Assembly: GCA_000934665.2 (NCBI GenBank) | Contig: JYFJ02002806.1 | Location: forward strand, 1-50,570 | DNA length: 50,570 nt | Direction of reading: 5' to 3' | Source: Catajapyx aquilonaris | Taxonomy: Eukaryota | Shown here: in pieces, positions 1 through 11,100 of the stretch | Layout: every line of letters begins with the position of its first letter | How positions within the stretch are numbered: position 1 is the stretch's first letter | Notes under the pieces: model-generated | What the model was told of the DNA's origin: nothing | The model's database searches: none | The model's input: only the letters and a program-made list of their open reading frames with translations | Position numbers and translations under genes: made by a program

Positions 1-60
1 GGGAGGAGGAGGGAAGGGGAGGGAGAGAGAGGGGGGGGGAGGGAGAGAGGAGGGAAGGAA
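1..60. repeat. G/A-rich low-complexity tract
   Basis: Only G and A residues with several G runs; truncated by the window start. Confidence 0.8.
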
Positions 61-945
61 TATGGTTTCCAGGGCAACTGAACAGCATTATTAGAACACA
101 GGGGGCCAACATCCAAAGTCCTTTACGCCTCCTGTGGCCAAGGATGACCTCGGAGATCAATTCCAATGTGATTATGACATTCCCAGTAAAAAACTACCCC
201 TAGTGAAACCCCTGGGGCATATGTCGGGGCCTCCGTACGGATTTGCATAGCGAATAACAGGAGAGACAGACATACGTCTAGAAATATGTATTAGATAAAT
301 AGCGAATTGGAGGGCAGCTGCCACAATTTCAGTTACAAGGTTAATTTTGAACATTTCCATTATTACAGGTTAGGTTTATTACTGCGTATTGCAGAGCAGT
401 GGAAATACCTTGTTTGGGACTGAATAGTTCTGAGGGTGAATATCTGGAAAGGATTGGAGTTAGGAATTGGTATCCTCACCTTTGAATTTTAAAAAATATA
501 TAATGCACAATTTCCTATTTTACTCCACAGCACACTAGGCCCTATAATAACAGCAAATTGCTACTTTTAATACTATGCAATATGCGTAATATTGTCTGTC
601 CTTATCTTTAAAATGTATAATGTCTTTCCTTTTTAAATACAGGGCTGGGAAGAAACAGTGTTACCATTTACTGCATCTATTTATTAACATGGGCTCAGCA
701 AATCTTCCGAACTTCGCAGGTTATTAGTTCAATACACTCATTATAAAGCCAGAGCAATATTTATTTTATTTATCATCGTGAATTCTTTGTCCTTCTGCTG
801 TTCTGCATACTCAATTTTTTACAGCATTTCATGTGTCCATCCAAATATCTGCATTGGTATACATGCTGCAGTACATATATGTACTTTTCATATCAAAAGT
901 GCCATTTATGTCTAAAATTCTAAATTGTATTTTTGCCAGTATTTC

Positions 946-954
<9 letters not shown>

Positions 955-989
<35 letters not shown>

Positions 990-1348
990 TTTTTTTTTTT
1001 ATTTTTTTTTATTATTATTATTACCCCACGGGGGGAGTTATACTACTCCTTAGGGGGGGTGGGTTGCCACCTTTGGAATTGTTTTTGGAGCGAGTTTAAG
1101 AAGAATCTTAAATTAGTATGCTCCAAGGGTGGGTGGGAGGGGATGTGCAAAGTGCAAGTGCAATGTCTCTAATCGTCATTTTGTGAACTCCCCCGGGTGG
1201 CTTAGTCTGCCGGAAATTGCCACCCGAAACGAAGCCAGAGATGGCCCAACTCTGCACGAAAGAAGGTGGGAACCCCGGGTGGGGATTGAACCCGGGACCT
1301 TAACTTCCGTGGGCGCGCGCGTTACAGCGGCGCCACTCCGTCTCCCCC
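955..1348 (-). mobile_element. tRNA-derived SINE, copy 1
   Basis: On the minus strand: degenerate box A (TGGCGCCGCTG), box B GGTTCAATCCC, structured body, and an (AAT)n/poly-A tail at about 955-1023. Imperfect flanking direct repeats ATTTCGTATTATTA (941-954) and ACTTCATATTATTA (1349-1362). Shares GACATTGCACTTGCAC and the 3' architecture with the element at 39007. Confidence 0.8.
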
Positions 1349-4300
1349 ACTTCATATTATTATAGCTATCTTAGAAGGCAAAACGTATCACGTTCAGTGT
1401 GATCCAACATTCGCTGTTATATATAATGGTACTGACTGAGTGCCAAACATCTGTTGTCGTTGTGGTTTTTATTATGGAAATATCTAATGTTGCACACTTT
1501 CCACATAGCTAACCGCTCAGTATACAAAACAATGTGTAGCCCTCCCTTCAAAGTTCCCTTCATCGGTCAGCTCAACAAAACTATTGTATTTCTAGTGAAA
1601 GGCCCCTTCCACCCCCCACCCCCTACACAATTGCACTGTATTCGATTAAAAACAAGAAACTTCCTCCTGGCATAACTGAAGTTACACTAGCAGCTTACAA
1701 ATGAAACCAATTATTTTCCACTCCTGTCGGAAAGTTCTGGTCAGTGATTTTCACTTGGTGTGTGTACTCTACTGTACAGTACAGAACGTTCACAAAAAAA
1801 AACTCAATTGCCAACAGCGCAGCGTGGTGGGAAAGGCTGATGGATTACTGACGCCATTCAGCCCAAAAATTAATATCATTTCTTAAGGCTCTGCAAGTAG
1901 ATTGTTACAAATGTATGAAATGACTTTTAATATCGTCCGCATTGAACGTGAGTCGTACCTTATATATTTAGCCATCGTCCCTGGACCCATTTCCCCTCAG
2001 AATGAATAAGCAGGAATCAACATACAGCACCAGTGAGTTAATATCCTAATGTTTGGCCCCGTCCAGAGGGTGTAGCAAAAGAGAGCATCTCTTTTTGAGC
2101 CTCAGTCCGTTTTAGTCGGTCCATTGGGCCCTCGGAATCGACAAAGAAGCCCTTTAGATCCTTCCCGCAATGGAATAGGTCGGCGTGTCCAACTGACAGG
2201 GGCAATGGGACCCATTGAGCCTTTCGTGTTGGATATGACTCCAGGGAACGGAAAGGCCATTCAGGTCGCCCTGAGAAATGGTGTGAAAATGTCACCTTGT
2301 CGACCCAACCTTCACTGCTCAGCTCTCATGATGTTTTTCCACACTCTTGATCGGCGATATAATGTTCTGGATGCAGTGAATGCAGAAAGTATGCCCGGCA
2401 TTATTAAACTTAATATACTCTTTGACCACATTCTTCAAATACTGGAGCTTGAAGATAATAAACAATGAGTCTATTTATATCAGATGAAATATGTACCGAC
2501 GAGAAAATGTAATCAGTACAATGTAATAAAGCGAGATTTGTGGACGCTTTGCACTGTCCCCTTGCTCGGCATGAGTCAATAAGTTGGACAAAATAAACTG
2601 ACAATAAAGGAGGCTTGGTCATTACGGAACCGCATAAGAGGGAATGGCAAGGCATAGCGCTGCTCTAAATCCGAACTTTAGGGCTTCATAGAGACCTTGA
2701 TGAAATAAAGGCGAAGGAGGTGCTTTGAAGTGAGATTCGAGGCACAGTGACTGTACATTCCGCGTGTGTTGACTTGTGGGATTGATGTAAGTCGCTGAAA
2801 AGGGTAAACATCAACAGTGGAAAAAAAATCCCTCGGTGCCTATCACTACCACTATCAATAGCGGGGAACCACGTAAAAAAAATCAAATGTCAGAGGTCAC
2901 ATGTGTTTGGAACTCCCCCGACCTGCTGTTGGTTTCCTGCTATGGGAGTAAAATTGCAGTAAAATGGTTGGAATTCAAATTAACCGTGGCGTCCGTATAT
3001 CCGCTTTGGCAAATATGACACACCTACACTGAGCCAGCTAATGGAAAGTGAGAGCCAACCGGAACAGAAATATGCAAAGCAAGCAGTTATGAACTTCAAC
3101 CGCTATTCGCAATTTTCACGCAACGTTTCAGAATATTTGCCATAACGTAGCACATAAGTAGCCTGGGTAATTATTCTACTAAACTTGCTGTATGAATATG
3201 GATATCTTGCTGTAGCTTAAGCCTTTCAAATAATTTCAGTTATCAAATTTTATATTGTTAATTAATGCAAAATAATACAGTAGTAATAATATATTATTTA
3301 TAATGATTATTGTAGGTCTACTATTTAGCCATGTTCCTTATGCATATTTTATAAGTTAAGGTGTGCTACACATGCTAGTGTAACTTGCAGTTAGAAGTTG
3401 GATTTTAAAACACATAGTCATAACTAACTCTGAAGGTTTCAGGTAACAGAATCCCCTAAAAAGAAGTTTTAAAGGTTGTTCTAGCAAAAAAACCAAAACT
3501 TTTGATTCATACAGGGGCGTTGGATAAAGGTCACCCAGATAAGACCCGGACCCCAGATGGCAAAACTTCCCTCCGAAATATGTCGGCATGACCCCATCAC
3601 CCCGCGAGATAAACGATCCTAACGACAAGCAATCCTCAAAAAACCTTGGTCCTGCTCACCGATCCTCCAAATTCGATCAAGAAACGCCAAGATGGAAACA
3701 CCCTCCTTCTCTATACATCCTAACATCTTTATACCCACTGATTACTCGCATGCATTTCCAATATCCTTGAATCATCCTATATCGATTCGATCCCATCCTA
3801 CTTAGCTAGAAATAAAATAGGGGAAAATGGGGCCAGCATAGTCTCTTATAATAGACGCATAATCTACACCCACTCTAGGGTGCTGCTGTGGGTGGGAGAG
3901 TTTAGTAGAGAGAGAGAAAAAAAAATGGAGGCGAAATATCCCGCGTGCTGCGCTGTGGGGTTGCGTGGAGGTACACAAAGTGCCAGTAGAATTCCCCGGC
4001 TCTGACTGCTAGGCACTGTCGGGCGTGGGTCCGGCTGACACGGAGTGTGGGTCACTGCCGGTGACGTGGGTCAACTGCGGGTCCGGGTCGTTCGCGAGTT
4101 TATCGGACACGCGCGGATCGGGTTCGCGAGATGTTGGTGACATTGTGAACTTGGTGGGTGAACAGTGATGTGTTGTGGATTCTAATAGGTTTAAGCATAA
4201 TAGTGAGACTCACAGACTACTTATAGACATACTGTAAAAAGTGTGTTCATGTGCATGAAAACTTTGTAGACTTTGACAAATTAGAAAATGGCAATATTTT

Positions 4301-5113
4301 TAAATCTAATATTGCAGTGCAATTTGAAAAAAACCCTTACTGCATGTAATTTGCACTGCAGAGTGATTAATGCGGAGGGCAGTGAGTGAATCGCCAGTGG
4401 CTAGAAAATTGGAGGTCTATTATCCAGCAGCCTTGGCAAATAAGTCACTGTAATTTAAACTACATCCGTGAGAAACCCGATGAGATCAATGTTAAGACAA
4501 TTACATCTGGAGCTACGTCGATAAAATCCTTACCGATTCGGAACTAGATAATAATCCTGAGCGGTTCTGCCCCGATATTTTCGCATGTTAAAGACTTATT
4601 TCACCTTCGCCTTCTGGGAGACACTACCACAAAATAGGATCACGAACTATCCTATATATGAGAACCTAACCATGAAACAATAAAGGGATTTCCTGCCCCC
4701 ATCCTCCCTATTTTTTTGTGTGTAAAATGCGATTTCACGAGTGTATACGATATCATTGTGCTACAAATTAGTGTCCCTTGTTACGCAGAGTACACAGAAA
4801 GCTGCTGGGCACCCTCCCATTGTGATAATGTTTGGATGGCTCTTCTAGCTCTGTGCACACAGAACTCTATGGAATGATGGACCGATTGAAGGCTGGCGTC
4901 GAGCCCAAAATCCGGGCGTTGAATCGGGGCTCCGGTAATCTCCTTAATTAGACTTGTGTCCGACTGGAAAGTCCGCGCGGGAACTTGGCGTGTGTGTGAC
5001 GTGACGCGCGCGGAACGCGACTGAAACGCGGGACAGACAGGGTGTGTACACTTGATGAAATCCATCGGTGGTTGAATAGAGTACTCTAGATGGAAAGTGT
5101 TGAGGCGTGACCG

Positions 5114-8100
5114 ATGGCGGAAGAGACGGAAGAGGCCCCGTCTAAAGAGGCCCTGCACAAGTGCTTGAGTGACCCCGCGGGGTCAAGGAGGCCCAGGTCG
5201 CTGCTTCCCAAGCGGACCGCTCCCATATCCAAATGCGTTCTCACCCTGGATGGATATAATTACGTCATCGGTAAGCTGGTTTAAATCCATGTGTGCTGCT
5301 GGAATATTTAAGGGGTAATGAATGTGCGTGCAGTGCCGTATCGAAATGTCATGAGCGTATTACGTGTCTCACCTTGCACTTGAGTGTACCGTAGGAAGCA
5401 ATAGCCTTGTATTAAGTCATCAATATTACTGTATTACTACACATTCATAGTCATAGCAATTAAAATATTGGACCGGATTAATAATTTACAACGAAAATAA
5501 CGTGTCATTTCAGACCCTTCTGGGTATAATACACTATTCCGAGTCTTAATAATTCCCCTTACATTGGTATAGGAACTGCTTAACTTTTCACGAGTAGTTT
5601 TCGCGTGTCTCTGTATCGATTACGTCGAACCTGGCCACTTTTCCTGAAATAATAATATCATAATCTGTTTACCTAAAAGCAAAACGTAGTGCACGGGTCC
5701 CCCATTATGTACATTAGGTCGTACCGCCACATCGCACTGCACCCGCTCAGTTGCAAAATTTAAGCAAGTTGGTAAATGAACCAGGCTTCCAAAACCCTGC
5801 AGCAACTAAATTCGGCATGCGTTTGATTTCAATCTGGCTCTCATATAATTGATACACTCTCTGCAGGGCTATCCATATTGCATTTGGGCGAAGCGCCACA
5901 CGTTCAAACTTTTTTTTTGCATACGAGAGTTGGTCAAATTGAGTATTCTGTTTAACTAATACCGCTAGTAGTTCCATGGATTGAAGTTAGCGTCGTTTTA
6001 AACAGCCTGGTACGTTTTGAGAATATTTAGCAGGGCATGTTTTAGTCATGTAGATAATTGTGCATTTTATTAATTCAATTTAAACCGATTTATTGACTTT
6101 TTTGTCGACATTTTCTGACGTGCATCCAAAGTAAGCATTAGACACCAATCCCTCAAGATATTGAACAAAGTAATGAAACGAATCCTCCTAGTGCATACTC
6201 CAAACTCGTCCCTGACCTTCCAACCGTACTCCCCATATTTGCGACGCAGAGTTGTCATCCCCGGATGAAGTAATGGATTAAATAACCGTTTTCCTCCGGC
6301 ATGTCAACCCTAGCCTAGGCCACCAAACTAAGCGAATTGCGCGGGTCTCTCTCATTTGCACTAACCCTTTCTGGTTCCCATGAGAGTACGAGTCGAATCC
6401 CTCCTGCCATCAAGGCTCCGGAGTCCTCCGGATTTGCCATTCGGAAAACAACCGGAGTCATTACATGGCGTCGGTGGAAATAGGAGTTTGTTTTTTGCAT
6501 GGGGGATAATTTTACGCTGGCGAGGTTTGTAATAGCCGCTCGAAATAAACCTTCAGATTATATGAACGACGTTCTGACAACACATGTTTCATAATTGCTG
6601 GGGAGTGTAGTGGAGGTGACGCCACATGTCACTTTGCGGCTGGTGATGATCCGGCCGCGCACGCCTTTGCAAATTATTAATGTGGTCGGCTTATCTGGAA
6701 GCAAACAAGAGGACAGGCCACGTGTGATTACGTCGTTTGACATATTTTCCTGACCCGAATAACTACTATTGGAGGGAGCTGTCAGGTTGCGGCTAGAGAA
6801 GAAACTTGGTAGTTCGGTTGCCTGGTTATTGAACGAGCAAAGGGTTGTACGATGATGGGAATGCCCCATAGAGTGTACCATAACTTTTTTAATGCCGAAA
6901 GTTGCAAGGTGAAGGGAAAGACGTCAGTGAGAGCACTGTACCACAAGGTTTACTTAAAGGGGTTAAGGATAGGTTAGATCAACAGAGAGCAGTGCTTTCG
7001 TATATCCTTTATATGCCAGTCCATGTGGCAGATTCCTCACTGCCAAATGTGAGGAATGTGCTGCAGGTAGTGGAATTTACAGGATGTCAGAGAGACAGTT
7101 TGAGCAATTACATAATTATGCCCGGGTGAAAAATTAGCCAAATTTTGGCATGATTTGTTATGTATTAGAACAAAAGGAAAACAATGATGTGCCAGAGGAT
7201 AAACTTGAATTTTGCAATATGAATTATTGGCGAACTATTTATAAAGGATATTTCCTACCACTTTATAAATTCAAAATGACTTTCCCTCCCATACATAGAA
7301 GGCGCCTGTCTGTGGCGTAATACAAACGAGATTTTATGGACCAAGAGGGCAACATGATACGTCTGTCCAGTTGGTATATAGTGTAAGTTTAGTATTGGCC
7401 TAGTCAAGCCTGTCGAAACGGTGAACGAGTTTGAAAAACTCGACTTGAGTTTAGCAAAGAGTTCAGTATCAGTTTAGTTTAAAGAAGCTAGTTGAGAAGA
7501 TGCTTGCTGAGAAGCACCTAGCACTAATAGCCAAAGTACAAGGGCAGCCTGATTAAATTTACCATTTCCACGAATGATACTTAAAATGTACTTTGTTTTT
7601 CAACAGATATTAAGCTTCTGATATGATTAAGCAATCTCCCACAATTATCTCGCAGTTGGCTGTGCCACCCGTGTCCATGGGCTGTAGTATTTACATATAC
7701 CGAGTGGATATGAACAAGCCGAACTGTTGTGCCACAATGGAAAATAAAGGACGCGGACGTGTCTTCTCATAACTTATGGAAATGATCTGCGACACGTTCC
7801 CCTTTTATTACGCGACAGAAATGAGAATTGATCAAAGCCAAATTACACGCTGGCAGTTACATGAGACTTGACAGGAAAATTACAAATCTCACTATATTTC
7901 TGGATATCACATATATACCTAAGGTACATATTCATCTTCGCACACAAATGCCAACGTGACTACACTTTCAAACATGCCGCATTATCAGGAGTCGAGATAC
8001 ATATCTGAATCTCACAACGTACAGTCCTAATATCGACCCTGACTGTTCTGAACTGAGAAATCACTCTTAATATATATCCGCGTTCAAGCTGCCCCTAATC

Positions 8101-11100
8101 AAGTTCTCGCTCCATCTAGTGACATGTAACCCACCGGATTATGCAAGATCGATTGCAAATTTAATCAAAATCCACATAACTCATCCTTCAGGAGTTTGGA
8201 GAGCAGGCGTCCATAAATCCCCAAGTGTCAGGTCGGATGCGTTTTCCGAGGCGTTATCGGAAGGCATGGCCTATGGTGTAGGAAATGTCACAGTTCGCGC
8301 GATTTCACCGCTAATTTCACGCCAGGTCTCCCTAAACCGGGGGGATAAAATAGCATCATTAGCGAAAGTGGCGGTGACAAGAAACCCTCATCATATATTG
8401 TTGCGTTGGGAGGTATACGGATCCAATTCCCAGGCACTCCCTAGGGCGTGATCGAGTGGCCAAAACCTGTCTAGAGCGTTTCAATTCAGAACAGTTTAGA
8501 TCATGTTTAAATGCCAGGTCGGTGCAAAACAACTGTACAATAGCTGTCGACTGTCACGTGAAATTACGCCGATTGATTTACACTGCGTCTTTGGCCAATT
8601 TCCAGACACGACCCTCTTTTTTTTAAAGGGTAAGATGACCCCTTTGGCGCCTTTTGAGATGCTGTGCTCTTGCTCTTTGTGGGGAGATCGATTAGGGGGG
8701 TTTGAAGATGGGATGGTGGCTACTGTGCCAGGATTGCATTTCGGGGGAGTTTCAAGAAGGCCTAATCGGGTCACTCGTCCGAATAGGGGTGATTTACAGT
8801 GGACGTGAGTGGGCAGAAACACCCTTTGGGAGACACATTGGTCTGAATAAAATATTTGGTGAGCTGTACCATATTAAAGTGAATAAATATGAAATTAACA
8901 TCTCACAAACTTCACGGTGATGACGCATTTCGGCGAATGATTCGAGGCAGAAAATAGACGCATGTTAAGCTTTGATCCTAGCAACCCACAGCAAATCCGT
9001 CTCTATAGGGAATGAGAAGTATTGTATCTCACTTTGCTCTTGCAACATGAGGAGGTCTCAAACGGAAGGTTATTAATTCCCTCGGTTTTGCCCAGATTTT
9101 CCAGGCTGATAAATGGTCCTGAAGGAACTCGAGCTGAAGGCTGATGAAAATGGAAACGGATGGGTGTTTTGCCCGAACATGTGAAAAATGAGGCGAGGTC
9201 GAACCGTTTTGTGCTCTTGAACCTTGCTTGTTTTTCCTATTTTCTATTCAACGACGCACATTTTCCAAAAACGTGGATAATAATATATTTTTTTTTAACA
9301 CAAATTTGAATCGATACATTCCGAACATGCCGCACGGAACAAAACCTGGGCATACACACGGTAGAAGCGCAACAGGTGGATTTAGGAAATGAGGTTCCCT
9401 AAAGTTTGTCGAGGGTCGAGTTTCGGAACTATCATCTCCTGAAAGTTTGGCCACTTTGCCACAGAATGCTACTTCCTCCCCTCCCACAAAATGGGGTGGT
9501 GGGGAATATTGGAAGCGTGATCTAACAAGTGTTGGAACCGCCAACTTTAAAGTGACGCATTGCACTATTTGGTACGTGATGCCAAAGTCTACATGGTCAT
9601 AATATCCTGTCATATCCTATCGATAGACTTTGTTTACAGTAATGTTTCTTCGCGGATCGTTAGTCGACGGCAGCTGAGAAAATGGAAAAATAATGAGTGG
9701 TGCCAGAAACACATACGCTGGTGGGTGTTCCTATGGAAACCCTCAGGATTGAAATCCTTACCCGCCCAAGCCCCCGCGTCTCTCATCTTGGCTTTCCTTC
9801 TCCTTGGAGATTTGCGAAGGGCAATCGTTAGCTGGCGGAGTTTCCTTGTCTTGTGTCTCAGCTACTGATAAGCCGAGGTTTTGCCGCAAGACGAAACTTA
9901 TTCATGCCCTCTGCAATCCCAACGCTGCTTTGAATTCCGGGCCAAAGATGCGGAGGCAAATTATTAGGCTCTAGAGATGCATGTTGAGAAAAAAAGTGAG
10001 AAAGTTAATTTTTTTGTGGGTCCAACCAAGTTTCGGAGATTTTTGTGGCCCTGTTTTATTGTTGTTTCGTATCAGTATGGAAACGAAGAAATTTCTCAAC
10101 TGGGAGACTATCAGGATATTAATAAACGCCTGTTGCTATTCTTCCAACTGACGTTATTAATCAAAAATCAGACAAGCCAATGAGCCTCTGGCCATGTAAT
10201 TCAACAACAAACCTCGTTATGCAGTGTACATGATGGTGTACTCACTATTCGGCTCCGGTTGCATCCGGTTGCTAGGTAAAGAAAATTACTTTTGCTTGGC
10301 AACGAAAGATTAAGTTGTTATGGAAAAATAGAGACTTTCGTCTCCGAAGACCGGATCTCAACTTAATTTTTGTCTTACGGCCATATTTTTGTGCATATTG
10401 GCAGGACTGTTTACGATATGTTATCACAAAACCGCGCATATCAAAACTGTGTATAAGAACTTCCTGTAACCGAGCACACAGGAACTTTTCATATGTTTCT
10501 GACCACTCACTCAGGAGCGAAAGACCATGGAGCCCATCGATTTCAATTGTAAGTCTTAAAAGTCGTTAATTAATGTCAAAATTCTATAACAATGTCCTGA
10601 TCGAAGCCCATTGAAAGGCAGGCACATTGCTCCAGGAAATTATTGATTACTCTCTTCCTGCATTCTGTGAAAAAGTCATCGCCAATCAGGACTCATGTTA
10701 GTTTCCTGTAAAAGCTCGCACTCGATAGATCTTCAATACCTGCAATGGAAAAGACGCGGTAGCCGGTAATTTCCACGCCAGAACGCTTGTAACATCAAAA
10801 GAAACGTTAACCCGCAAACTATGCAGGCAAGATCAAAGGGGCCGGAGAAGACCTTTTGTTAGCAAATCGAACGCCGCTGATCGATATGCTATACAAGCCA
10901 TATTTAATCGTCGAATTTGCCATGCAGGCAGTTCTGAGTAAACTGAATAATTATCCGCACGGGTGCCTTTTAAGTCACTAGAATTATTTCAGTGGGTTGC
11001 ATGAATAATAACTTAGATCAAGGACGGAAGTGTAGTTAAGATTTTCATTACACGCTCTTTAGAGGTCAGTGGTCAGGGTACGACCATTACTCAAGCCCTA

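Noticed and set aside
833..1172. ORFs with poly-Tyr or poly-Ile/Phe runs
   Set aside because: They are translations of the (TAT)n/poly-T tail of SINE copy 1.
1190..1230. HDV-like ribozyme idea for the SINE stem ending in CTAA
   Set aside because: The enclosed loop is too short to hold P3, P1 and P4.
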